64,000 bases of DNA. It comes from Mobula hypostoma. Lineage: Eukaryota. Under the pieces are notes generated by a model that did not search any database, had not been told where the DNA came from, and saw nothing but the letters and a program-made list of their open reading frames with translations. Both the position numbers and the translations under genes were made by a program. The DNA is taken from contig NC_086097.1 of NCBI RefSeq assembly GCF_963921235.1, positions 235,354,001 to 235,418,000 on the forward strand, written 5' to 3'. Of the stretch, positions 1 through 13,480 are shown one piece after another (the stretch's first letter is position 1; the number at the start of each line of letters is the position of its first letter).

Positions 1-419
1 CCTTTCTTGAATATCTTCAGAATTCCTAGCCAAGCTAAAGGTCCATCCTTTCTTCCTTTCCTCTGCACATAAATCCCTGACTTAAAGCATTTTCCGGTAA
101 AATTCTACGGACCCAGACTCGTAAACATACAACAGTTTATGTATTAGGAAAATACACCTTCTCTAAACCAATGCAGCTCTGTGGGGACAAAGGTTCTGTT
201 TAACCCATTTTGCTAATGCAATGCTGGCTTGGAGATGGGGATTGAGAAGAGTGGGCTGGGGCAGGGAGACAACTAAAGCATGACTGTACTATGGGTGCAT
301 CTCTTTCATAGATGTGAATTGTACATTTGATACATTTGTTATGAACTGTACAAACCTTCTTTATACTATGCTCTCTTTATTCAAAAAAACAATCAAAATA
401 TTTGAAAAAAAGAAAAAGA

Positions 420-660
420 AAATAGTCTACACCTTTATTTCTTCCACCAAAGTGCACGACCATATACTTCCCTGCACAGTATTCCATCTGCACTTCTTTG
501 GCTATTCTGCAAATCTGTCCAAGTCCTTCTGCAGACTCCCTGCTTCTTCAACACTACCTGCTTCTCCACCAACCTTTGTATCATCTACAAACATGGCCAC
601 AAAGACATCAATTTTCTCATCCAGATCACCAATATGTTACATAAAAAATAGTGGGCTCAC
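420..660 (-). mobile_element. CR1 LINE ORF2 (RT) fragment, decayed
   Basis: Similar to the RT region of the CR1 copies at 973-2162 and 58129-61012. Confidence 0.7.
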
Positions 661-736
661 AATGACGCCTGCAGACTGGAAAAGCGGGGTTATAATCTCA
701 CTACAAAGAAGGAGGCTGATGACTTACCTTGGAGAG

Positions 737-816
737 CAAAGGCTCCCAACCTTTTTTATGCCATGGACCAATACCATTAAGCAAGATTTCCGTGAACCCC
801 AGGTTGGGAACCCCTG
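737..816. mobile_element. 80-bp hAT/Charlie-type MITE
   Basis: Terminal inverted repeats caaaggctcccaacc / ggttgggaacccctg; same family as 44010-44076; TSD not clean. Confidence 0.7.
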
Positions 817-829
817 GGTCCTGGAGCAA

Positions 830-2430
830 TAACCTGATACAGGTCTTTCAGCCCAAATCGTCTATGCCAACCGCTGTGTCTGCCCAGCTAATCCCAATTT
901 CATGCCTTCAGTCCATATCTTGATAAACCCAGCCCCTCCATGTTTCTTGCCTAAGTGCATCTCAAGTGATACCTTGCCTTTGACAAGGTGCCACACATGA
1001 GGCTACTTAACAAGATAAGAGCCCATGGAATTACGGGAAAGTTACATACGTGGATAGAGTTTTGGCTGATTGGCAGGAAACAGAGAGTGGGAATAAAGGG
1101 ATCCTATTCTGGTTGGCTGCCGGTTACCAGTGGTGTTCCGCAGGGATCAGTGTTGAGGCCGCTTCTTCTTACACTGTACATCAACGATTTAGATTATGGA
1201 ATAGATGGCTTTGTGGCTAAGTTTGCTGACGATACGAAGATAGGTGGAGGGGCCGGTAGTGCTGAGGAAACAGAGAGTCTGCAGAGAGACTTGGATAGAT
1301 TGGAAGAATGGACAAAGAAGTGGCAAATGAAGTACAATGTTGGAAAGTGTATGGTTATGCACCTTGGCAGAAAAAATAAATGGGCAGACTATTATTTAAA
1401 TGGGGAAAGAATTCAAAGTTCTGAGATGCAACGGGACTTGGGAGTCCTCGTACAGGCTACCCTTAAAGTTAACCTCCAGGTTGAGTCAGTAGTGAAGAAG
1501 GCGAATGCAATGTTGGCATTCATTTCTAGAAGAATAGAGTATAGGAGCAGGGATGTGATGTTGAGGCTCTATAAGGCGCTGGTGAGACCTCACTTGGAGT
1601 ACTGTGGGTAGTTTTGGTCTCCTTATTTAAGAAAGGATGTGCTGACGTTGGAGAGGGTACAGAGAAGATTCTCTAGAATGATTCCGGGAATGAGAGGGTT
1701 AACATATGAGGAACGTTTGTCCGCTCTTGGACTGTATTCCTTGGAGTTTAGAAGAATGAGGGGAGTCCTCATAGAAACATTTCAAATGTTGAAAGGCATG
1801 GACAGAGTGGATGTGGCAAAGTTGTTTCCCATGATGGGGGAGTCTAGTACGAGAGGGCATGACTTAAGGATTGAAGGGCGCCCATTCAGAACAGAAATGC
1901 GAAGAAATTTTTTTAGTCAGAGGGTGGTGAATCTATGGAATTTGTTGCCACGGGCAGCAATGGAGGCCAAATCATTGGGTGTATTTAAGGCAGAGATTGA
2001 TAGGTATCTGAGTAGCCAGGGCATCAAAGGTTATGGTGAGAAGGCAGGGGAGTGGGACTAAATAGGAGAAAATGGATCAGCTCATGATAAAATGGCGGAG
2101 CAGACTCGATGGGCTGAATGGCCTACTTCTGCTCCTTTGTCTTATGGTCTTATGGTCTTATGGATACTACTGTACCTGCCTCAAACACTTCCTCTGGCAG
2201 TTCATTCCATATACTCACCATCCTCTTTGTCGGACACTCTGTTCTAAATCTTGCCCCTCTCACTGTAAAACTATGCCCTTTAGTTTTGAACTCCCCTACC
2301 CTGGGGAAAAGGCTGTTACCAGTCCTACTATTCATGTCTCTCATAATTTTAAATACTTCTATAAGGTTGCTCCCCCCCTCCCCCAAATTTATCCTATGTT
2401 ACATGGAATAAGGACCTAGCCTGGCCAACA
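830..2430 (-). mobile_element. Old CR1 3' fragment (830-972 plus 2163-2430) split by a younger CR1
   Basis: ORF 2150..2386 reads KTKGHSFTVRG...WNELPEEV (CR1 ORF2 C-terminus); gatac at 968-972 and 2163-2167 flanks the inserted copy. Confidence 0.7.
973..2162 (+). mobile_element. 5'-truncated young CR1 LINE (RT C-half and 3' UTR)
   Basis: GVPQGSVL and FADDTK motifs in ORF 988..1611; in-frame stop, then ORF 1639..2061; tandem cttatggt 3' tail. Confidence 0.95.
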
Positions 2431-2469
2431 TTAAAAGATGTCGAGATGCTGTCAAGATATTGCTGTTGT

Positions 2470-3150
2470 GTGACACAAGGATGATAACTCTAAAACTAAG
2501 ATGTCTGTAAAATACAAGGGGCACCAATAGAATAGGTAATTAGAGTCTCTTTCCTAGGACAGGAGAGTCTTGAAAAATAGGGCACAGGTTCAAGGTGAGA
2601 GTGGAGAAGTTTGAAGATCAAATTCTCAAGTGGTCAGTGAGAAGATGGAGAATTCTTGCGAACAGAGTTCAGAAATTACAAGGGTAAGAAGATCCTCATG
2701 GAAGTTACATACAGGTCTCTGAACTGTAACCAGGGTTTTGGATACAAATTACAATGGAACACAGCAAAAGCATGGTAAAAAGGGTTATCATAGTCATGGG
2801 GGATTTCAATATGCAGCTAGATTGGGAAAGTTCGGTTGATGAAGTCCAGTTCTGGAAGATTCAGTGAAGCCCACAACTTCATTCCTGCCTAACTGTACTA
2901 CAAGCTATCTCCCTTATTCAGTATACTGCATGTTTTCAAAGGAGAAATTTGAAGGGTGGTGATTATATGGAATGAGCTGCCAGAGGAGGTGGTAGTTTCA
3001 AATATGATTATAATTGTATTGGTTCTAGGACACAAAAGGAATGGAGGAATTCAGGCTTAATGTATGAAAATAGGATTTGTGTGGATAAGCATCACAAACA
3101 GCATGAAGAAAGTTAGCCCAAAAGTCCCATTCTGTGCTGTATACTTCTAG
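2470..3150 (+). mobile_element. Decayed CR1 3' fragment interrupted by a templated insertion (2617-2940)
   Basis: CR1 ORF2-end sequence on both sides; ggagaa(g/a)tttgaag direct repeat at 2603-2616 and 2941-2954. Confidence 0.65.
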
Positions 3151-3319
3151 GAGTCTAAGATTCTAGAACTGAGGCTCTTCTTGGCAATGAGCTCTTTGGG
3201 CCTGTGCAGAGCGCTGGAGAGCATAATCTCAGTGTTTTTTTGTTTTTCCTTTTTGAGCTTTGTTGCACATTGGGCAGCATTTTATTTGGCACTTCTGTAG
3301 CATTTGTCTGTTTTTGACA

Positions 3320-3447
3320 AGGCCAAGTTGCTAGCTCGACGTTCAACCCAGCACGGATGGAAAGTGATCAAGGAGCCAGTCAGTTTCAAACTCAGGACCA
3401 CTTGCCTCGAAGTCCAGTACAGATGCTACTGCACAACTGGCTGGCCT
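3320..3447 (-). mobile_element. tRNA-derived SINE fragment
   Basis: Minus strand begins ggccagccagttgtgcagtagc...gagtttgaaac, with degenerate A- and B-box-like motifs. Confidence 0.55.
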
Positions 3448-3699
3448 TCTGTTGTTTTCAGAGCGCCTGAATTGGTTAATTGTTGTTTAACATTTAGAGT
3501 TCCTTGTGTTTTTTCATGAGCGACACATTCTTTGTAATGTGGTCTCCCGGTGTTCTCAGTTTATGTTGCTTGATAAGTTTATGTTGATAGGCTTGGGGAT
3601 TCTATGTTAATTGTATTATTTAAGCTGACACACAATTAGCACTAATTACAGGGTTCTGGTTTTGAGAATGTTACTTCTCATGGTGTCACTTGGCCAGTG

Positions 3700-4730
3700 G
3701 TATGATATTGCCTCTTTTTTACTATTTAAGTGTCTAAAATGGTTTATGATATCTCTTTTATATTATTGACTGCCTTCATATTCCATTTTTTGCCTTCAGC
3801 TGTTTTTTTATAAGCTCCCAACCATTTAACTTCCTGCTAATTGTTGATGTATTATATGCCTTCTCCCTTGCTTTTATGCTGTCTTTGACTTCCCTTGTCC
3901 GCCATGGTTGCAACATCGTTTCTTTATTTTCTTTGGGATGTATTTATCCTGTTCCTTCCAAATTGCTCCCAGAAACTCCAACCATTGCTGTTTTGTCATC
4001 ATCCCTGCTCATGTCCCCTTCTAATCAACATTGGCCTGCTCTTCTCTCATGCCTCTGTAATTCCCTTGACTCCACTGTAACACTAATACATCAGGCTTTA
4101 GCTGCTCCAGCTCAAACTGCAGAGTGAATTCCATTATATTATGATCACTGCCTCCTGAGGGGTTCTTAACCTTAAGCTCCCTAATCAAATCTGGTTCAGT
4201 ACACAATGCCCAAACCAGAATTGATATTTCCCTAGTGGGCTCAAACACAAGCTGCTCTAAAAAGTGATCTTTTAGGCATTCTAAAAATTCCTTGCAACAA
4301 CCGGACTTTTCCAATCTAGATGCATATTGAAATCCCCCATGACTATGATAACATTGCCCTTTTTACCATGCTTTTTCTGTGTTCCATTGTAATTTGTATC
4401 CAAAATCCTGGTTACAGTTCAGAGACCTGTATATACCTTCCATCAGGATCTTTTTACCCTTGTAATTTCTAAACTCCATTCACAAGAATTCTCCATCTTC
4501 TGAACTTGTCATTTCTTTCTAAGGATTTAATTTTATTTATTTACCAACAGAACCATCCCACTCCATCTGCCTATGTGTATGTCTTTTCCTTATGTGTATC
4601 CTTACTCCCAACTATGATCTTCTTTCAGCCACGATTCAGTGATGCCCACAACTTCATTCCTGCCTAACTGTACTACAAGATATCTCCCTTATTCAGTATA
4701 CTGCATGTTTTCAAATATAACACCATCAGG
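3700..4730 (-). mobile_element. CR1 ORF2 endonuclease/tether fragment
   Basis: ORF 4021..4314 has FLEQLVFEPTRE and GGSDHN (APE endonuclease motif). Confidence 0.85.
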
Positions 4731-6176
4731 CTACGCAGAACAGTCCACGTTCCAAGTCTTACCTAGTAATGCTCCCTAGCTTTTCCTCCACTACCTCGAT
4801 GACTGCTTCATGCACCCATGGTGAGCTCATCAATTTCATCAAGCTTGTCTCCAATTTCCACCCTGCTTTAAATTCACTCGATCCATTTTGGACTCCTCTC
4901 TTCACTTTCTCAATCTCTCTTTCTCCATCTCTGAAGACAATCTGTTTAACAACATCTTTTATAAACCTACCAATTCCCATGGCTATCTGGACTATATCTC
5001 TTCCCACCCTGTCTCCTGTAAAAATGCTATTCTATTTTCTCTGTTCCTTCCTCTCTTCTGCCTCTGTTCCCAGAATGCGGTTTTACTTTTCAGGATATCA
5101 GAGGTGTTCTACTTCTTCAAGGAACAGACATCTCTTCCTCCACCATTGATACTGCCCTCACCTGCATCTCCTCCATTTTGCAGACATCCGCGCTCACCCC
5201 CTTTATCCGTTGCCTTAACAGGTATAGAGTTTCTCTTGTCCTAAACTGTCAAACCATGAGCCTCCACAAGCAATACATCATTCTCCATAACTACCACTAT
5301 CTTCAACAGGATCCTACCAGCAAACACATCTTTCCATCTCCCCACCAATGTAACACACATAAAAGTGAGGAAGATCTCAGAGGGGTTTGTGTTTACCACA
5401 CCCCCTTCTTCTATTTCCATATTTTCACCGGGTTTCCCTTATTCATTCATTCCTCCCCACTAATCTCACTCTTGGCACATATCCCTGCAAGCAGCAGAAA
5501 TACTACACCTGCGCATATACCTCCTCCCTTACCGCCCTCCCCCCCCCCTCAAGGCCCCAAGCAGACTATCCAGGTGAGGTAACATTTCACCTGCGTATCT
5601 GTTATGGTTGCCTATTGTATCCGATGCTCCCGATGTGCTGTCATTGGTGAGGACCTCTGCTCCATCCACCAAAAGCAGAATTTCCCAGTGGCCAACTATT
5701 TTAATTCCTATCCCTACTCTCATTCCAACATGTAGGTCTATGGCCTCCTCTTTTGCTATAGTGTGGTCACTCTCAGAACGAAGTAGTAACACCTCATATT
5801 CCATCCAGGTAGCCTCCAACCAGATGATATGAGCATTGATTTCTCCTCTTGGAATTTTTTTTTCCATTCCCCTTCACTCTTTTTCTATTCTCCACTCTGA
5901 CCTCCTAGCTCTTCTCACCTATCACCTCTCCTTGTACCCCTTCTCTTTCCCTTTCTCCCATGGTCTACTCTACTGTCCTGTCAGATTCCTTCTTTGCCAA
6001 ACTTTTACCTGGCTTCAGCCATTGCCTTCCAGCTTGTCCTCCTTTCCCTTTCCCCACCTTTTTTATTCTGGTGTCTTCCCCCTTCCTCTCCAGTCCTGAA
6101 GAAGGGTCATGGCCTGAAACATCGAATGTTTGTGCATTTCCATAATGTTGCCTGATCTGATAAGTTCTTCCAACAT

Positions 6177-6228
<52 letters not shown>

Positions 6229-6262
6229 GCTCTGGATTTCCAACATCTGCAGAATCTCCTGT
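4730..6262 (+). mobile_element. Penelope-like element, decayed (RT end, GIY-YIG, pseudo-LTR)
   Basis: YKPTNSHGYLDYISSHP RT C-terminal motif; homology to 40295-41510; pLTR end with a degenerate hammerhead near 6092-6127. Confidence 0.85.
6181..6226. repeat. (TG)23 microsatellite inside the Penelope pLTR
   Basis: Perfect TG run. Confidence 0.98.
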
Positions 6263-6899
6263 ACTTACAACAGTCCTGCATTCATGAATTTTGCCCCTAC
6301 GTTAAACTTCAACTCATCCGACTGACTGAAATTTTGCCTGTCATCTGCTTGTCTTTCCTCACATTCTCACTATACACTGCATCTACTTGCTTACCAACAG
6401 CTCCATTCTCAGCCCTATCATTTTGGATCCCAAAAGGACACAAAATTCTCAGCAGTGAAGGAGAGCAACTTCCTGTATCTCTTCCTGTGTTCATTCTCAT
6501 GCATGTCTCTTCTAAACGTAATGATCAGAAAACCTCTGATAATAGTTGCACCATCAAGCTGAGTATACATTTGGCAATCTCCTCCAATTTAATCACAGGG
6601 TGAGTTTCTCTGGCACAACTGGCAATCCATTGACGGAGCCTGAGCAAGCCCACCCAGCAGAGCAGTCCTGACAGCCTATTAAGCTAACGGGTTATCAGAA
6701 CCATCAAAGAGATTGAACATTTAAGAATGTTTCTGACACTCACTGGCATTCAAACCCAATCCAAAATATTGGCCCTTAAATAGCATGTTGGACTTTTATT
6801 TTAAGTTTCAAAAAATATCTAGAAACAATTAAATATGCTCAAATCAACTCAATTAAATGGAAATGGATGGAACTGGCTAATATAATCACATAATTTGCA

Positions 6900-7157
6900 T
6901 GTGATTGGAGGAAAGTATAGGGAGATATCAGAGGTAGTTTTTTTACACAGAGTGGTGAATGCTTTAAACATCCTGTGAGGGGTGATGATAGAGACAGACA
7001 CATTAAAGGCATTTAAGTAATTATTAGGTTGGAATATGGATGATAGAAAATGGATGGCTATGTAGGAGGGAAGGGTTGATTTAGGAGGAGGTTAAAAAGT
7101 CGACACAACATTGTGGGCTGAAGGACCAGTACTGTGTTGTAATGTTCTATGTTCTAT
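6900..7157 (+). mobile_element. CR1 3' end
   Basis: FFTQ..V.AWN-like end, 3' UTR and gttctat tandem tail. Confidence 0.7.
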
Positions 7158-7299
7158 ATTAAATTGGCAGTAATTAGATGAGTGGAAGTTCAAAAATATA
7201 AACATTTACTTGGGTGCATTTTGGGTATCTCTATGAGTTTGTTTATATCTTAAGCCATTAATCAGATACAGTATACTGTTGTACTTAGATACTGATGTT

Positions 7300-7625
7300 T
7301 ACTTACTGCCCATTGCACCACTGGCGTCTAGGGCATCAGTGAAGGTCCTCCATCAATGTCTGCTCTTGGTTGCCCACAGCAACAGAGGATTCTTCTTTGT
7401 TATTTCTGTAACAACTTTTTTTTCACCAGTCAAAGTTGTTAGCCCTGAGCTGAACCCTCGAAACTGGAGGACTGGTGGACCACTCTGAGACTGGCCTCTA
7501 CACTTTGATCTGCTTGGCATGGGTGACCCAACCAAGAGTCAAAGCACAAGGCTTTGACTCCAGCCAACATGGCTCTCCGGGTCATTGAAGCTTGCAAGCC
7601 TCCAAGGTTATGGCCCTCTGGAGAA
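7300..7625 (-). mobile_element. Non-autonomous RTE-like retroposon
   Basis: Reverse-complement relative of 45995-46403. Confidence 0.6.
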
Positions 7626-7894
7626 AATTGCTGTTTAGTTTAGAGATATTGCCTTCAAAAATAGAGGTAATTTCTGTCTGCATAAACAAAACCCACAGGC
7701 ACCACATGGGATGTGCAAATATTTGCTGACACATGGGTAAAGTATAGCCTTTCCATGAAAATCAGCACCTATTTTACCATGACCTGTGGAGTGTATTGGC
7801 AGATGATCTGAAGAGTGTATTGGCAGATGTCTGTAAATTGGTCTTGTAGATTGGATAAGCACTACCTGGAATAGTCCCTGGGAGTCACAAGGAG

Positions 7895-8250
7895 CTTCAG
7901 AAATAAAAGCAGAAAATGCTGGAAACATAGAGCAGGTCAATCAGCATCTGTAGAGAGAGAGAGAGAAACAGTTAACATTTCAGATCAAAGACCTTTCATC
8001 AGAACTAAAATAAGATAAAACAAGTTAACTTACATTCTTAAAAGTTCTCTTTATATTTTTCTCTTTCCAAGTTCTGAAGGGAAGTCTTCAATCTGAAATA
8101 TTAACTCTGTTTCTCTTTCCACAGATGCTACCTGATCTGCTGGCTGCTTCCAACATTTTGTGTTCCTCTGGATTTCCAGCATCAGCAGAATCTCCTATTT
8201 CCAGCATTTCCTGTTTTTTTTTATCTCAGGTTTCCAGCATCTGCAGTTTA
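7895..8250. mobile_element. Palindromic Penelope-pLTR-derived element, old
   Basis: Inverted arms (gcagaaaatgctggaaa... / ...tttccagcat), each with a degenerate hammerhead-like core. Confidence 0.6.
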
Positions 8251-8560
8251 CACGTAGAAACATCAGGACTAGGACGGCCAGACTGGGTAACAGTTTCCTT
8301 CTCCAGGCTGAGACTAATGATATACCATGCCACCACATTCTTGTCAACAGGACGGCGAGCTGTTTACCATTTACCTGTGCTACACAATTCACATGCATCT
8401 TGAATTATACTTGATTAATGCATTTGTAGTCATATTTTGTTTTATTTGCTGTGTGTGATATATGTATTGTGGATGCATAATGGTCTGGAGGAACATCATT
8501 TTGTTTGGTCATATGGTCATATATATGTACAATCAGATGACAAAAACTTGAAGTTGAACT
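8250..8560 (+). mobile_element. Rex1/Babar or L2-type LINE 3' end
   Basis: RTRTARLGNSF ORF-end motif; aacttga tail. Confidence 0.6.
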
Positions 8561-8801
8561 GTATTTGATTTTTATTGTGGACTCAAGATAATAATTAAAA
8601 ATGTTTTCATCACATATTGATTATGCCATTATATTGCATGTACATATGACTAATTTGCATATAAATAAACCACAATGCCTATATATATTTACTACTATAA
8701 ACATAGTCTTATGTATTTAACCCATGTTTTTATTTCTTGAGATGATATTGTGATCTTTTGATTCACCATACTGCTGACCTGTGTTTCCTTCCCATTGGTT
8801 A

Positions 8802-9240
8802 TAGAGAGAGAATAGTACTGCAGAGTACAGGCTCTTCGGCCCACAATGTTGTGCCAACCCTGAAACCCTGCCTCCCATATAAGCCCCCACCTTAAATTCC
8901 TCCATATACCTGTCTAGTAGTCTCTTAAACTTCACTAGTGTATCTGCCTCCACCACTGACTCAGGCAGTGCATTCCACACACCAACCACTCTCTGAGTAA
9001 AAAACCTTCCTCTAATATCCCCCTTGAACTTCCCACCCCTTAACTTAAAGCCATGTCCTCTTGTATTGAGCAGTGGTGCCCTGGGGAAGAGGCGCTGGCT
9101 ATCCACTCTAGCTATTCCTCTTATTATCTTGTACACCTCTATCATGTCTCCTCTCATCCTCCTTCTCTCCAAAGAGTAAAGCCCTAGCTCCCTTAATCTC
9201 TGATCATAATGCATACTTTCTAAACCAGGCAGCATCCTGG
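8802..9240 (-). mobile_element. Young CR1 3' end
   Basis: Uninterrupted RMLPGLE...LERRRMRGD...WNALP in ORF 8717..9292. Confidence 0.9.
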
Positions 9241-9929
9241 TATAGAATACATTTGTCATCATATGATTCTTTTTCGCTTTCTGGGGCATCATTTGTTAAT
9301 TAGATTTTCATAGCAAGATCTTTGACTCAAAGCATATTGCTTCAATGATATACTGTGATCTCTTTTCACAGAACATTATGTACTAATAAACAATGCGGTA
9401 CAAATGCAAAATAGAATCATTACACTCAATTCTGTCCAAAAGATTTATTTTTCTTTCAAATGTTTCCCTACAACCTAATGGAAGTTCAATTTCTGCTCTC
9501 ACCCACTCACCTGGCTCCACCTTTCCCTGCAACAACTTGCTCAGCAAGGTAAATTTTGATCCTTCCTCCAGTACACACATTATGATTTAGTTCTGTAGCC
9601 GTACACAATCTGAGCAATATCCCAATATACTTTACATTCATTGGTAATAGCAACCTCATTGCAAGTCACTTGAAGGGCTAACCCTTGCTGCTTCCCCATA
9701 AGTTTTTGGAATGTGACCCATATCATTGCCTAAGTTTCAACTGCAACCGTTCCACTGGACACGGCACTCCCTTTCTGTTACGTCGCCAATTTCTTCAAGA
9801 TAAAGATTAGTTTTATGTGTCACAAGTACATCGGAGGATAGAGCGATATCATTTTGCATCAAATTACACCAGAGAGGATTGTGCTGATACTATATTGTCA
9901 TGCTTCCAGCGTCAAAGTAGTATGTCCAC

Positions 9930-10100
9930 ACTCATTAACCCTGACCCTAAACGTGTGCTTTTGGATTGTCAGGATAAACTGGATCACACGGAGGAAACCC
10001 ACGTGGTCATGGGAAGATCATCCAAACTCCTCACATGCAATAATGGGAATCAAACCCCAATCTTACAGCTCTCACATAAAGTGTTCCACTAGCCGCTGTT
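9930..10100 (-). mobile_element. V-SINE/HE1-like fragment
   Basis: ggaggaaacccacg...caaactcc V-domain-like core; a second degraded piece near 23570-23680. Confidence 0.5.
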
Positions 10101-10169
10101 CTAACTATTGTAAGGTGAAGTTTCTGTTTTCTGTCTGTGTCAGAACCTTTGTGAAACAACCTGGATAAG

Positions 10170-10548
10170 ACATCACCATCATCATTATGAGACACGTCAT
10201 ATGATGTGGGTAATGGGTGATCATGGTCTATCTCTGACCATGATTGTTCTTGGCAAATTTTTCTACAGAAGTTGTTTCCCATTATTTTCTCCTCAGCTGT
10301 GTCTTTACAAGACATATTACGCCAACCATTATCAATACCCTTCAGAGATTGTCAGGCTGGAGTCAGGGGTCGCATAACCAGGACTTGTGATATGCACCAG
10401 CTGCTCATAAGACCATCCACCACGTGACCATAATCACGGGATCTGAGCAGGTGCTACACTTTGCCCAAGGGTGACCTGCAGGATAGCAGAGGGAAGAAGT
10501 GCCTTACACCTCTTTTGATAGAGATGTATCTCCACCCCACTACCCACT
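10170..10548 (-). mobile_element. ~380-bp SINE-like retroposon (RTE/Vingi-type tail), family with three copies here
   Basis: Clear homology among 10170-10548, 15590-15975 and 52465-52830. Confidence 0.7.
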
Positions 10549-10704
10549 GCATAAAACATCTATCTCAATAGTAGCACATATGCCCAATGAAGCTTTAGTC
10601 TTTTTAATCACCCCTTGCCTAGCTTATTCATTTCTGAGTACAGCCAGTTTCCAGTACAGGAAATTATAAAGAAACACCAGTCTTAAGATTATTATAAATA
10701 CGTT

Positions 10705-11400
10705 GTGTTTGAGCAGATGTGGCAGTGTGGAGGATCGGAGAGATCTTGGGGTCCATGTCTATAGGACAATTAAAACAGCTGCGCAGGTTGACAGGGTTGT
10801 TAAGAAGGCGTATGGTGTGTGGGCATTCATCAACCATGTGACTGAGTTCAAGGGCCATGAGGTAATGTTACAGCTATATAAGACCTTGGTCAGACCCCAC
10901 TTGGAGTACTGTGGTCAGTTCTGGTCACCTCACTACAGGAAAGAGTGCAGAAGAGCTTTAAAGGATGCTGTGTGGATTGGAGGGTGTACCTTATGAGAAT
11001 AGGTTGCGTGAACTTGGCCTTTTCTCCTTGGAGCGACAGAGGATGAGAAGTGACCTTATAGAGGTGAATGAGATGATGAAGGGTATTGATCATGTGGATA
11101 GCCAGGGCTGAAATGACTAACACAAGGGGCATAGCTTCAAGGTGCTTGGAAATAGGTACTGAGGGGACGTTTTTCACACAGAGGGTGTTGGGTGTGTGGA
11201 ATGCACTGCCAACAGCAGTGGTGGAAGCGGATACAATAGGGTCTTTTAAGAGCCTCTTAGATAGTACATGGAGCTTAGGAAAATAAAGGGCTATGTGCTA
11301 GAGAAATTCTAGGCAGTCTCTAGAGTAGTTTACATGGTCGGCGCAACTTTGTGGGCCAAAGGGCCTGTAATGTGCCGTAGATTTCTAAGTCTATGTTATA
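10705..11400 (+). mobile_element. CR1 3' fragment
   Basis: DLGVHV, LYKTLVRPHLEYC and WNALP motifs. Confidence 0.9.
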
Positions 11401-11799
11401 TGCCCTATTTTCAGATACCCTCACTACCTGAGCATGACAACATGGGTAGTTACAGAAATACAAATAATTGAATTTTCTACCATCAATATTTCTCCTCATG
11501 ATAGTGAATCACCTGTTGTATTTATATTCACATACATTGATTAGTCATTTATTTGAATGTTTGTCTTAAAGTCTTGCTAGTTCCCACTCTTTTATGTTAA
11601 TCACAAAACAGATGTTAAGTAATTCTAATACTGCTCTTTTCTGAGTTATCTTCACTGTCACACTGAGTCCATGTAAGCAAACAAATAAATGACCGAGCTG
11701 TGGTAATCAATATAAATACAGCAGTGGATTGTTCTTTTATGAAGCAATTTTTCTCTACTAAGTAGCTGTATTGTTGTTGTCTTATGCTTTCTCAATGTT

Positions 11800-12270
11800 C
11801 AAAGTTTAAAGCAAATTTTATTATCAAAGTCACCATATACAATCCTGAGATTCATTTTCTATAGATCTATAGAATAATATTGTTTGGCGACAATAAAGTA
11901 TAAAGTATAATAACCAAAACAGAATCAATGAAAAACCACCCAACTAGGGCGTTCTACCAGAGTGCAGAAGACAACAAACTGCAAATACAACAGAACAGAC
12001 AATAATAGTAATTATATAAACAATGAACATCGTGAACATGAGATGAAGAGTCCTTGAAAATGAGTCCAATTGTTGTGGAAACATTTCAATAATGGGGCAA
12101 GTGAAGTTGAGTGAAGTTATCCCTTTTGGTACAAGAGCCTGATGGTTGAGGGATAGTGATTGTTCCTGAACCTGGTGGTATGAATCCTGAGACTCTTATA
12201 CTATTTTCCTGATTGCAGCAGTAAGAAGAGGGCATCTCCAGGGTGGTGGGGCTCCCTGCTGATTATCATA
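11800..12270 (-). mobile_element. Rex/L2-type LINE 3' fragment
   Basis: Homologous to 39135-39700 and 62430-63215. Confidence 0.6.
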
Positions 12271-12406
12271 TATGCAAGAGATTCTGAAGAACCTGGAAAT
12301 CCAGAGCAACAGCCACAAGATGCTGGAAGAACTCAGCAGGTCAGGCAGCGTCTATAGAAGGGAATAAATAGTCATCATTTTAATCCAAGACTCCTTATTA
12401 GGACTC
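12270..12406 (-). mobile_element. Penelope pLTR fragment
   Basis: gatgctggaagaactcagcaggtcaggcagc pLTR signature. Confidence 0.65.
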
Positions 12407-12924
12407 CTATGCTTTTGCCTGTTTGCCTCCTTCATATGGAACAAACCTGTGGTAAATGGTTATTTGTTTTCCAGAGCACTATTTATTAATTAGATTACTA
12501 GACCAAGATCTCTGACTCAGCAAATTGTTCATTGTTCCAGTGGCACAGTGTTTTCCCTTCACACAGAACAACTGAGGGATATACTATATGCAATGTAGAA
12601 TGTTTGCACTTAGTCCTGCACCTCCATAATTTCCCTACCACTGAATAAAAGTTCACATTTACTTTTTTTGCAGTGATCACCAAATGTTTAAACATCATGT
12701 CTCCTCCCTCTTCCGACCCTCGGGATTTATCCAACTTCCTACATGCTGAGATATCTAATACCATTTCCTTTTTTACCTTTATTTACTCAATTCTCACAGA
12801 AGTCCCCAAGTATAAGGTCACTCTCATCATATACAGTAGATGAAAAATCTTCATTTAGAACCTCTGGCTTCATGTACAAAATAGCTCTTTAGTCTATAAT
12901 GGGCTTATACCTATGCTGGTTCCT

Positions 12925-13480
12925 TAAGGGTGTTACAGCTGGGGGTGATAATGAAGATAAGCTCCTCCTACCTATTAAGTGCTCCCAATGCCACGTGCCT
13001 CAAATAGTCCCTGACAACCAAGTCTAGCTCCGGCCCTTCACATGTGGCTTAGCTATTAATCCTTTTGGAACCATTTCTACCGACAGGAGAGGAGGCAAAG
13101 GCGGGTCACTGGCACCTTAAAATCAGTCACTTTGGGCAGATGGAGCTCATCAGCAATGCTTGGCAGTTAATCTAGGAGAAGGAAAACTCTGATCTCAAGC
13201 CTCCACTGCCTTGTGGTTATATACATTCATGGGAAAGGCTTTCCTTGTAATCCCCGGGGAAAAATCTGGAGCTGGAATCCCTAAGGCAGTCCTACGTTGA
13301 GTTGAACACTGACTGGCAGTTCCTGCGACATTGCTGGTGCAAAACTGTATTGGTCTCTGTCATTCTTTTGGGTTTATCAGCTGGGTGGAAAGGGGAAGTT
13401 TTATGGGCAGTAGCTTGCACTCTATATTGTACTGCCTAGGATTCAACATCCATGGTTGACTCTCATCAATGGAGCTTCAC
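12925..13480 (+). mobile_element. Non-autonomous retroposon (RTE/Vingi-like), second copy at 31950-32290
   Basis: Homology between the two copies. Confidence 0.6.

Noticed and set aside
314..832. 172-aa ORF
   Set aside because: It spans an antisense CR1 fragment and a MITE.
3380..3447. Possible tRNA gene
   Set aside because: Degenerate, no cloverleaf, and it continues into a SINE body.
5965..6603. ORFs with THTH or CVCV repeats
   Set aside because: They are produced by the (TG)23 microsatellite.
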